Virus record (IMG/VR): IMGVR_UViG_3300007960_000021 | Coordinates: 1-63,451 of that record | From: a virus | Taxonomy: Duplodnaviria; Caudoviricetes | Direction: 5' to 3' (one strand) | Length of the DNA: 63,451 bases | Shown: positions 29,226-37,409 of the stretch, one piece after another | Position numbering within the stretch: the stretch's first letter is position 1 | How the letters are laid out: each line of letters opens with the position of its first letter | Translations under genes and position numbers: made by a program | Notes under the pieces: model-generated | Database searches by the model: none | What the model saw: the letters and a program-made list of their open reading frames with translations, nothing else | Told to the model about the DNA's origin: nothing

Positions 29226-29238
29226 GAAGGAGAGCTGA

Positions 29239-30453
29239 ATGACGATCTACCCTGACCGGGATATCCGAAACGCCGACTGGACAAAGAAGACGAAGGATGT
29301 TCGGATTGGCAGGCGGCGAAGGCGAGCAAGACCAAAAGGACGAGCGGCCATTGATGACAGGAGCGCATTGTCGCTGGCTGTTATTCGCTTCGCCGCGAAG
29401 AAGTCGGCGGCTGAACTCATAAAGTCGGCCGAAGAGGCCATGGCTGCCGGTCGCGTCCGCGTGGCCAATCGTTTGATGACACTGGCGAAGCGGGCCGGTG
29501 CAAGCGACTCTGCGGCAACGAAGGCCGTTGGTCGAGCGCTGCCTGAAAGAACGAGCACCAAGACGCGGCGAGGCAAGGCCAAGGCCGACACGTCGTCATT
29601 TGTTGGTGCCAAGCTGAAGACTGTCACGGTAACGCTGAAGAGCGGCAAGAAAAAGAAGAAACAGCAGTACGTGCAAGCCAATGGGAAGCCGCTGCCGCCG
29701 CACATTCCGCCGATCCCGCCAAACTGGAAAGATGTCAAGTGGAACCCAGACCCGAAGGGCGACAGACTTGTCGTTGCTCGTGACGAGGCTGGCCGCGTCC
29801 AGTCGAAGTACAGCGAGAAGTTCAGCGGCGGAAACGCTGGAAAGAAATTCTCGCGAGTCGGCGAACTGGCACAGAAGCGAGAAGACGTTGCCCGCCAAAA
29901 CGCTGGGAACATGCGGCACAAGAACCCCAAGATTCGCGAGGCGGCGCAGGTGCTCGCGCTTATCTTGGCGACTGGCATTCGGGTTGGCTCTGGCCGTGAA
30001 ACAAATGCAAAGGTTCAGTCGTACGGAGCGACGACGCTGCTGGGCAGGCACGTTGTCGTCAAGGGCGGCAAGGTGTCTCTGCAATACACAGGAAAGAAGG
30101 GCATCCAGAGAAACGTGCCTATCAACGACCCGCGAATTGCTGCCGAGCTGAAGAAGCGAAAGCGGGCGTCAGGCCCCGACGGCAAGCTGTTCAAGGTGGC
30201 GGCTACCTCGATGCGCAAGTACACTGACTCACTTGACGGCGGCGCGTTCACGCCGCACGACTTCCGAACCATGATGGGAACGAACATCGCGGCGGCGGAA
30301 GTTGCCAAGCTGCCGAAGGCCAAGAACGAGGCCGAGTTCAAACAGATCAGCATGGGCATTGCCAAGAAGGTTGCTGCTCAGCTTGGTAACACGCCGACCG
30401 TTGCTTTGCAGTCGTACATTGACCCTACCGTATGGGCCAAGATCAAGCCGTAG
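29239..30453 (+). CDS. DNA topoisomerase IB (bacterial/poxviral type) with N-terminal tag A
   Basis: IPPNWKDV, DEAGRVQSKY, GIRVG, SYGATTL, GKKG, DFRT, LGNTPTVALQSYIDP (catalytic Tyr). Confidence 0.92.
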   Translation: MTIYPDRDIRNADWTKKTKDVRIGRRRRRARPKGRAAIDDRSALSLAVIRFAAKKSAAELIKSAEEAMAAGRVRVANRLMTLAKRAGASDSAATKAVGRALPERTSTKTRRGKAKADTSSFVGAKLKTVTVTLKSGKKKKKQQYVQANGKPLPPHIPPIPPNWKDVKWNPDPKGDRLVVARDEAGRVQSKYSEKFSGGNAGKKFSRVGELAQKREDVARQNAGNMRHKNPKIREAAQVLALILATGIRVGSGRETNAKVQSYGATTLLGRHVVVKGGKVSLQYTGKKGIQRNVPINDPRIAAELKKRKRASGPDGKLFKVAATSMRKYTDSLDGGAFTPHDFRTMMGTNIAAAEVAKLPKAKNEAEFKQISMGIAKKVAAQLGNTPTVALQSYIDPTVWAKIKP

Positions 30454-30460
30454 TTTCACC

Positions 30461-30476
30461 GTCTCATTACTGAGAC
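30461..30476 (+). repeat. 16-bp palindrome, perfect copy, intergenic
   Basis: Exact match. Confidence 0.95.
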
Positions 30477-30491
30477 ACAGCGGAGGAAGAA

Positions 30492-30665
30492 ATGAAAGGT
30501 CCAAGGACATTCGCGGAGCCATCCGCGCCTGACGCTGACACCGACAGCACTCAGACTTCCGTGCAGGTCGGCGACATTTGGGTCGATACATCGACCAACG
30601 ACGTTTACATCTGTGCCGCATCGACTCCCGGCGCGGCTGTCTGGAAGAAGGTCAACAACGCATAA
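30492..30665 (+). CDS. Small protein (57 aa) with tail-fibre-like GDIWVDT..YIC...AVW motif
   Basis: GGAGG RBS; hand-translated MKGPRTFAEPSAP...VGDIWVDTSTNDVYICAASTPGAAVWKKVNNA*. Confidence 0.65.
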   Translation: MKGPRTFAEPSAPDADTDSTQTSVQVGDIWVDTSTNDVYICAASTPGAAVWKKVNNA

Positions 30666-30675
30666 GGGCGGTCAG

Positions 30676-31011
30676 ATGAAAAACTCAGCAGGGGCCGCAG
30701 GCTCCGACAATCTGTCTGGATTCGAGGGCGGGAAGAATGCCAGCAAGACCGATCCGTTCGGCTGCGGGTGCGACACGCACTTGACGAATCCGGTGGACTG
30801 GCGGGCCAATCGCGGCCCGGAGGATGAATTCGACCCTGACGACGAGGAACTTCGGGAGACGCCTCCTGAGGTCATTGAGGCGCTTGGGTTCGATCCGAAG
30901 TCGTCCGAAAGCGAGCCTGCCGCGTCTCGGCTTGGCAAAAAGCGTATGCGGCCGGTTCGCGATCGCGGTGACTATGAGGGGCTTAGCCACATTCGAGCGG
31001 AGGACTACTGA
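30676..31011 (+). CDS. Small acidic hypothetical protein
   Basis: Contains DPDDEELRETPPEVIEALGFDP; stop overlaps the next start. Confidence 0.55.
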   Translation: MKNSAGAAGSDNLSGFEGGKNASKTDPFGCGCDTHLTNPVDWRANRGPEDEFDPDDEELRETPPEVIEALGFDPKSSESEPAASRLGKKRMRPVRDRGDYEGLSHIRAEDY

Positions 31012-32000
31012 TGATCGACTTGGTCCGGATGGCGTCAAGGGGGTGGAAGCGATATCAGGGTCCTCGCGGCGGCGTCGGCTGGGTCAATTCGATTACAGGC
31101 AAGGTAGTGTACCAAGACGAACGCCCTGGCGACGGCGAGCCTGCAAAGAAGAAGTCGCCTGCCAAGCGGAAAGGGAGGGCCGCAAAGCCTGCCGCAAAGC
31201 CTGCCGCAAGGCCATCTGCAAGGGCTGCGAAAAAGCCTGCGAAAAAGCCTGCGAAAAAGCCTGCGAAGAAAGCTGCCAAGCCCGTCCGCGTGACAGAGAG
31301 GTTCACTGGGGACGCAGAGGGAAGTCTTGCTGAACTCAGGAAGTATGGCGGCGGAAGTCTCCCGAAGGGATTGAAGAATGCGGGCGAACTTGCAAGTCTT
31401 GGCGGTGCCTCGGAAGGCGACGAAAGCGCCAACATAATGGAGATGGAGCCCGGCAGGTGGGACATTTCGTTTGGCAGCAAAGGCACGTTTGGCCATACGA
31501 CTGTTGACATGAGGGACAAGTCTGTCCGCATTGAACTTTGCATGGTCAGCAAGGAGAAGCGAGGGACGGGGTTCGCCACGGACATGCTGCGGAACATCGT
31601 CAGTAACGCCCAGCGGCTCGGCCTGAAGAAAATCACGCTGCAGGCAGTAGAGGATGGGCCTGCGGTTTGGCCGAAGTTCGGGTTTAGTGCGAATCTCGGC
31701 GAGGAAGAGCTTGTCGGCGCCCCGAAGGGCGCTAAAGAAGTCAGCGATCTCATGCTGACGCCTGAAGGGAGGGAGCATTACAAGACGATACAGTGGAACT
31801 ACGATGACGTTGATTTTGAAATGTCACTGAAGCCGGGAAGCACGGACCTCAAGGTGTTCAATGAGTACATGAAGTCAAAGAGCCCCAAAAGCAAGAGTTG
31901 GCGCAAGCCGCTGTTCCCGAACGCGAAGCCGACTAGCGGCAGCAGGTATGACGATAGCGGCGACGATTACGACGATTATGACGACGACGATGACTATTGA
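31011..32000 (+). CDS. GNAT acetyltransferase-like protein with tag B, PAKK repeats and DY tail
   Basis: VSKEKRGTGFATDML (acetyl-CoA motif A)...ITLQA...VWPKFGF. Confidence 0.75.
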   Translation: MIDLVRMASRGWKRYQGPRGGVGWVNSITGKVVYQDERPGDGEPAKKKSPAKRKGRAAKPAAKPAARPSARAAKKPAKKPAKKPAKKAAKPVRVTERFTGDAEGSLAELRKYGGGSLPKGLKNAGELASLGGASEGDESANIMEMEPGRWDISFGSKGTFGHTTVDMRDKSVRIELCMVSKEKRGTGFATDMLRNIVSNAQRLGLKKITLQAVEDGPAVWPKFGFSANLGEEELVGAPKGAKEVSDLMLTPEGREHYKTIQWNYDDVDFEMSLKPGSTDLKVFNEYMKSKSPKSKSWRKPLFPNAKPTSGSRYDDSGDDYDDYDDDDDY

Positions 32001-32647
32001 TCCACGCGAAGCTTAGGAGCAAGAAAATGCGACAGTCGAAGACCATCGAAAACTGCGGCTCTCCGATTGAGCTTGTGAAGTGCGGGCTCGCGCTGACTCG
32101 AAACGGAGAGCGGCTGAAGCCTCGTCTCGTGGCTGAGGCTGTACGCATGGGAGCGTCGTCGTTCGGCATCGTCGGCGACAAACGAAAGCTGATCCGCGAC
32201 GGAGAAACGTGGCACATCACAAGGATGGCCAGTTCGCCGGAAGAGCTTGAAAAGAAGGCCGCTGAGGCGGAAGCGGCTGGAAGCAAGCGAGTGGCGTCGC
32301 GTCTTCGCACGCTGGCGAAGAAGGCCGGTGGTGGCGGCAAGCCACCTGGCCCTGCCGACTACGACGACTACGACTACGACGACTCCGAGGTTCCGTTGGC
32401 GCGTGCCGACAGGGGTGTATCGCCGGAAACCCAGGCCATGTTGATCGCGTCCGGTGCGGACAGGGGTCAGCCTGACGACTACGACGACTACGACTACGAC
32501 GACTCCGAGGTTCCGTTGGCGCGTGCCGACAGAGGCGCGGCCGAGGCCAAAAAGCCACTCGGCCCTGCCGACTACGATGAGTACGGCGACTACGAGGAGC
32601 CGGAAGATGACGACGAAGATTACGACTACGGCGACGATGACTATTGA
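31997..32647 (+). CDS. Tag A protein with Asp-Tyr repeats
   Basis: RMASSPEELEKKAAEAEAAGSKRVASRLRTLAKKAG followed by DYDDYDYDD repeats. Confidence 0.7.
   Translation: MIHAKLRSKKMRQSKTIENCGSPIELVKCGLALTRNGERLKPRLVAEAVRMGASSFGIVGDKRKLIRDGETWHITRMASSPEELEKKAAEAEAAGSKRVASRLRTLAKKAGGGGKPPGPADYDDYDYDDSEVPLARADRGVSPETQAMLIASGADRGQPDDYDDYDYDDSEVPLARADRGAAEAKKPLGPADYDEYGDYEEPEDDDEDYDYGDDDY
32351..32532 (+). repeat. 62-bp direct repeat (32351-32412 and 32471-32532), 120-bp period
   Basis: One mismatch; encodes DYDDYDYDDSEVPLARADR twice. Confidence 0.9.
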
Positions 32648-32666
32648 TACCTGAAAGGGCGACGCG

Positions 32667-33566
32667 ATGGCAAACGGCAGTACGATCTTGGTTTCATTCG
32701 AGGGGAGCGGTCTCAACTGGTGTCGATGGGTTCTTGAAAAGTGCTGCAAGATCAGGACTCCAGGCGGGCACCTGACTGGCATGGGCAACGAGGGGCGATA
32801 TGCGTTCTATCGCACCCACAACGTCAACTGCAGAAAGATTGCGGTTCGCCATGGGTGGCGTCCGTACTACGGCAACGACGGCAAGGCTTGTCACGACAGG
32901 GCGATACTGCTGGTCCGGCATTACCTTGAGTCGTACGCCAGGGAGATGCGTGGATACGGCGCAATGAGTCGCGTTGGCGTGTATTGCGAAAACGTGAAAG
33001 CCTTTGACGAGTTCGAGGGCGAGAAGATCGTTGTCAGGTATGAGGACCTGTTAAGCAAGGAACTGATCGGGCAGAGACAGATCGCGGAGTTCCTTGGGGC
33101 GGAATTTGACGACTCGAACTTTGATGTTGAAAGGGAGTCCGCCGTCTCTGTTGAGTGGTACAATCGGCTGAAGCGAACGAACGGCGGCGCTCGAACGAAG
33201 GACTACGGCGACCTTACTTGCAACACCGCTGGAGTGCCTGAGGTCGAGAAGAGGATCGTCAAGCGAGTTGTCCGAAGGTCACTGTCGAGCGTCCAGATCG
33301 CAAGGTACATGACACAGGACATACGCGCCATTGCGGCCGACGGAGACATAAGCGTGTGCGGCGCGCCATTGTCGGTCGAGGAGGCGAACATTGCAGCGAG
33401 AGTCGGGCAGTACGAGTTCGACGTGATGATTGATGGCGAATGGCAGCACGTAGTAAGCGACTGCGGCGAGTGGGTCGAGGTAGGCCACGGATGGGTAGCT
33501 GAAGATTGTAGGCCGAGCGGGTGTCGGTACATAACTCCCTCTGGGCGTTCCATACGAGTTTACTGA
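32667..33566 (+). CDS. Sulfotransferase-fold protein
   Basis: VSFEGSGLNW (degenerate 5'-PSB loop), ILLVRHYLES (3'-PB-like), IVVRYEDLL...IAEFLG. Confidence 0.6.
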   Translation: MANGSTILVSFEGSGLNWCRWVLEKCCKIRTPGGHLTGMGNEGRYAFYRTHNVNCRKIAVRHGWRPYYGNDGKACHDRAILLVRHYLESYAREMRGYGAMSRVGVYCENVKAFDEFEGEKIVVRYEDLLSKELIGQRQIAEFLGAEFDDSNFDVERESAVSVEWYNRLKRTNGGARTKDYGDLTCNTAGVPEVEKRIVKRVVRRSLSSVQIARYMTQDIRAIAADGDISVCGAPLSVEEANIAARVGQYEFDVMIDGEWQHVVSDCGEWVEVGHGWVAEDCRPSGCRYITPSGRSIRVY

Positions 33567-33573
33567 GGAGCAT

Positions 33574-34854
33574 GTGATGTTCAACAAAGCAGACGTGCAG
33601 TTCGCCAGGCTTGCGAAGGATGCCGCGTACTTTCTTGAGGCGGCTGCTGCCGCAAAGGCTGCTGGCAAAAAGCGAGTCGCTTCTCGCATGTTGACGTTGG
33701 CCAAGCGAGCCGGGGCGTCGCAGGCGAAGATCAACAAGATTGACAAGCAGCCGTTTGGCGAGAAGGCGGCGAGGCCGGGCGCTGCAGCCAAGAAGACGGC
33801 AAAAAAGCCTGCCGCAAAGAAGCCTGCTGCGAAGAAGCCTGCGCGTGCAACGAAGAAGGCTTCAACGCCCGCAGAACAGTTGCACATGGACGCAATCTCG
33901 TCGCTAAAGTCTGCCGGGCTGAACGCGCGGAAGCACATGCAAGACGGCAGGGCGCAACTGAGGATCACCGGAGACGACAATGCCGCCGAGAAGAAGCTCA
34001 AGAAAGCTGGGTGGAAGACCAACAGCACCAATGTTCCGTATGGTGGCATGTCAAGCTCCACGATGATGACGTCACCCGACGGAAAAATGCAGGTGAACAT
34101 CCGCAACAAGGGGAGCAATAAGTACTCGACAGTCAGTGTGAAAAAGCTTGCGGGAGGATCGTCCGGCTCTGGCGAGTCGAGCGGCGGAATGACTCCGCAG
34201 CAGACAAAGAAGATTGCGACCTCAATCGTACCCGGTGGCGCAAGCAGGCACGTAGGCACCGATGGTGTAGTGTCGTGGACAAAGAAGGGCGGCTACGCAC
34301 ACAATCAGTTAAAGAGAATGCACGCCGCCTTGAAGGCCAACGGATTTGAGCACGAGAAGTCCAATATGTTCGGCACTCCTGACGGATCGACGGTTGGCGA
34401 CGACACGTACTACAAAGACAAACACGGAAACAAGGTGCAAGTCAGTTCGTCCCTCGGTGCGACGAGTAGCTACAATCGCTACAGTGTCACGTTCACGCCT
34501 GCCGGACACAAGAATTCTGGCCGCACGAAGTCGGCTGGCGACACGACGATATCCAGCAAGGCGCCGAGCGGTAGCATTCTTCGCAAGATGAACTACTCGG
34601 ATCGGGCTGACGTGCAGGACGCGCTCTATGAGGCGAGCGAAGCGACGATGCTTGGCGGTGGATCGTCAACGGGGTACAAGGAAGGCGTGTCGCAGGCCAG
34701 GTCAGCGCTTCAGGCGGCTGCACAGAAGATGATCGACACAGGGCTCGACGCAGAGTCCGTCAATGAGTACCTGTACAATGAGATGTCCAAGGACTACAAG
34801 GACAAAGAGCTTGAGCCGTTCAGGAAGATGCTTTCCGAGGTAACGGGAAGGTAG
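33574..34854 (+). CDS. Tag A protein, basic, unknown cargo domains
   Basis: RLAKDAAYFLEAAAAAKAAGKKRVASRMLTLAKRAGAS plus KKPAA repeats. Confidence 0.7.
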   Translation: MMFNKADVQFARLAKDAAYFLEAAAAAKAAGKKRVASRMLTLAKRAGASQAKINKIDKQPFGEKAARPGAAAKKTAKKPAAKKPAAKKPARATKKASTPAEQLHMDAISSLKSAGLNARKHMQDGRAQLRITGDDNAAEKKLKKAGWKTNSTNVPYGGMSSSTMMTSPDGKMQVNIRNKGSNKYSTVSVKKLAGGSSGSGESSGGMTPQQTKKIATSIVPGGASRHVGTDGVVSWTKKGGYAHNQLKRMHAALKANGFEHEKSNMFGTPDGSTVGDDTYYKDKHGNKVQVSSSLGATSSYNRYSVTFTPAGHKNSGRTKSAGDTTISSKAPSGSILRKMNYSDRADVQDALYEASEATMLGGGSSTGYKEGVSQARSALQAAAQKMIDTGLDAESVNEYLYNEMSKDYKDKELEPFRKMLSEVTGR

Positions 34855-34863
34855 GATGCCTAC

Positions 34864-37407
34864 ATGCCGTCGCTGGTTGATTCAATACTGAAGGTCGGGC
34901 TTGTCGCTGGCCAGACTTTTGTTGACGAATTGCGGGGGAGGCTGCTGTCTCAGGTTGGTCTTCTAAATGCCGGTGTTCCGATTGAAACGGTGATCCGAGC
35001 CGCCCGCGAGATCATGTCTGAGACAGCACCTCTTATCGCATCGCTGGCGTCGGATATTCAGATAGCCGGTTGGGTTGCCGGGCTTGACGAGACGGCAAGG
35101 TCGCTGCCGAAGAACGTCCAGAGGGCAATCGCTGAACTCGATGATCCTCTTGGCCTGAAGGCCCCGAAGCTCTACCTGCCGTCTGACCCGGTTCCGCCAT
35201 CGGAAGTGAAGTTCTCGCCGGTCGTCGAGTTTCCATGGATGGACGAAGCGATCAATCGCCTGATTCACCGAAACGTGATGACGCGAGACGAGTTCGACGA
35301 GGCTTCTGACGACCTGAAGTCTCAGGCGTTCACCATCGCGAACATTGACAGCGAAGAGACGATCGGAACGATAAGGGACCTGCTCGCAGAGCACATGGCT
35401 GACCGCGACGCGAAGAACACTCCCAGGGAGTTCTACAATCGTGTCGTTGACAAGCTTGGTTCGTCGCCGATAGGGATGCCGCATCTTGAGACGGTGTTTC
35501 GCACGAACACCACGATGGCATACTCCGCGTCGCGCGAGGCGATGCACAGCAGTCCGGTTGTCCAGGCGGTGTTTCCGTACGCTGCGTACTGGTCGATTCG
35601 GGACGGAAGGGCAAGGCAGAATCACCGGGCACTTGAGAAGCTCGGCCTGAACGGAACGAACGTCTATCGCGCAGACGATCCCATGTGGAAGCTGTTCACT
35701 CCACCGTGGGACTTCAACTGCCGCTGCAGCAAGACGTACATGACGATCCGACAAGCAGCACAGGCTGGCGTCGAGGAGGCGCAGGACTGGTTGAACTCAG
35801 GCGTTCCCCCGTCGTCGCCAGAGTGGCGGATTGACGACATTCCGTTCCGCAAGCAGAACGACTTCGTTGGCGTCAGGCTTTCGACGACAGTTAGGATGAT
35901 GCGGTTCGGACTGTCGGCGTCCGAGTTGCTGAAGCGATCCGCAGAGGCCGCCGCTGCTGGCAAAAAGCGAATTGCATCCGGTCTCGCCACGCGAGCAAAA
36001 AAGGCCGGTGCCACTGACGCGCAGATTGCCAGGGCAATGAAGGGCGGCGGCAAGGCCAAGCCTGCAGCAAAAAGACAGGCCAAGAAGTCAGCAAGCACTG
36101 GCTCGCGGCCTATGACAAAAGAGGAATGGAAAGACCCGGCCTTGTTCAAGTCGGCGGTCACTGCAATTTTCAGCACTGGCCTTGCATCGAAGGCTGTCCC
36201 CAAAAGCAGGCTCAAGGGCGCCTCTAGCTGGAGGAAGGTCAGCGAAGTTGGCATGGCGTACGCCCCGAAGATGAAGGCCAATATAGCCAAGCACTACGGA
36301 GCCATGCTAGAGAAGTCGCTTCCGGCGAGCCACCTGAAAAAGGTCGTGACTGAGCTGCTAGGTGATGACGACGACGATTACAGCTACTATGGCTACGCTC
36401 ACGGCGAGCGGCTAAAGGAGGCCGAGGATGCGAAGGGCGACGGCGAGAAGCTCGTCGCATTCATTGTTGATAGCTGGGCGGAAACCAGCGCTGACCACGA
36501 CGCTCACGCGATTGCGATACAGGAGATTGTCGGTGAGACGCTAGGAGTGAAACCTAAATGGAGTTCAACCGACCGAATGGACAGGGGCGAGGTCCTCGGA
36601 GTCAAGAGGCTGCTCAAGAAGGTCGTTGGCGAATTTGCCAAGAGGGTGTATGCCGATACTCAAGCCTCATTTAAGAAGGCAGGGGTGACGCACCTGCCGC
36701 TGTGGCGAGGAATGCACTCGGATCACAAGCTGAAAGAGGGATTCAATGACACTGAATACTCCCCCGAAGTAGACGTTGCCCTGCAGCAACTGTCGTCATT
36801 CTCGCTGGAGCAAGAGACGGCAAAGACATTTGGCGACACGCTGATCGCGGCAACGGTCCCCGTCAAGGACGTATTCTGCGTGTTCGGGAACGGACTCGGA
36901 TGCGCCAGTGAGACTGAGGTTGTCGTTCTCGGTAGGCCGATGAAGGCGGCAGTCGTGAAGGGCATGTCTGGAGACGACTTCTTCGAGGAACTGAATCCTG
37001 AGTTTCACAGAAAGGCGATCGAGGACAAAAAGGCTGCGGACGCGAGAAACAGAGAGAGTGCTGCCAGCCTGAAGGCGGCTGACTCAAAGGCTGGCAAGCC
37101 CTACGCGCTGCCGCCGAAGCTTGCAGAGAAGTCGGGCGACGTGCTCAAGCTGCTCAAGTCTAAGGCCAAGAGCGCGGCGGGCAAGAAGAAGCTTGCGGCG
37201 TTCAACAGGTACATGAAGTACATGACGAGCGGGAATTTGAAGATAGGGTCGAAGAAGATGACTGAGGTGTCCCACGGAATGAAGGAGGCTGGCCTGATCG
37301 ACTGGGGATTGCACATTAGGATCGTAAATGCTTCAGTGGCAGGAGTTGACCTTGACCCAAGAATTGTCATGGAGGCAGTCTTGAAGCACATCATCAAGGA
37401 GTCGTAG
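34864..37407 (+). CDS. MuF / SPP1 gp7-like minor head protein fused to tag A and ADP-ribosyltransferase
   Basis: HLETVFRTN...YWSIRDGRARQNH...PPWDFNCRC; C-terminal LWRG...LSSFS...SETEVVV. Confidence 0.88.
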   Translation: MPSLVDSILKVGLVAGQTFVDELRGRLLSQVGLLNAGVPIETVIRAAREIMSETAPLIASLASDIQIAGWVAGLDETARSLPKNVQRAIAELDDPLGLKAPKLYLPSDPVPPSEVKFSPVVEFPWMDEAINRLIHRNVMTRDEFDEASDDLKSQAFTIANIDSEETIGTIRDLLAEHMADRDAKNTPREFYNRVVDKLGSSPIGMPHLETVFRTNTTMAYSASREAMHSSPVVQAVFPYAAYWSIRDGRARQNHRALEKLGLNGTNVYRADDPMWKLFTPPWDFNCRCSKTYMTIRQAAQAGVEEAQDWLNSGVPPSSPEWRIDDIPFRKQNDFVGVRLSTTVRMMRFGLSASELLKRSAEAAAAGKKRIASGLATRAKKAGATDAQIARAMKGGGKAKPAAKRQAKKSASTGSRPMTKEEWKDPALFKSAVTAIFSTGLASKAVPKSRLKGASSWRKVSEVGMAYAPKMKANIAKHYGAMLEKSLPASHLKKVVTELLGDDDDDYSYYGYAHGERLKEAEDAKGDGEKLVAFIVDSWAETSADHDAHAIAIQEIVGETLGVKPKWSSTDRMDRGEVLGVKRLLKKVVGEFAKRVYADTQASFKKAGVTHLPLWRGMHSDHKLKEGFNDTEYSPEVDVALQQLSSFSLEQETAKTFGDTLIAATVPVKDVFCVFGNGLGCASETEVVVLGRPMKAAVVKGMSGDDFFEELNPEFHRKAIEDKKAADARNRESAASLKAADSKAGKPYALPPKLAEKSGDVLKLLKSKAKSAAGKKKLAAFNRYMKYMTSGNLKIGSKKMTEVSHGMKEAGLIDWGLHIRIVNASVAGVDLDPRIVMEAVLKHIIKES

Positions 37408-37409
37408 CC

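Noticed and set aside
25562-37407. Portal/MuF ART similarity as a DGR template/variable repeat pair
   Set aside because: No reverse transcriptase in the window, and divergence is general rather than adenine-specific.
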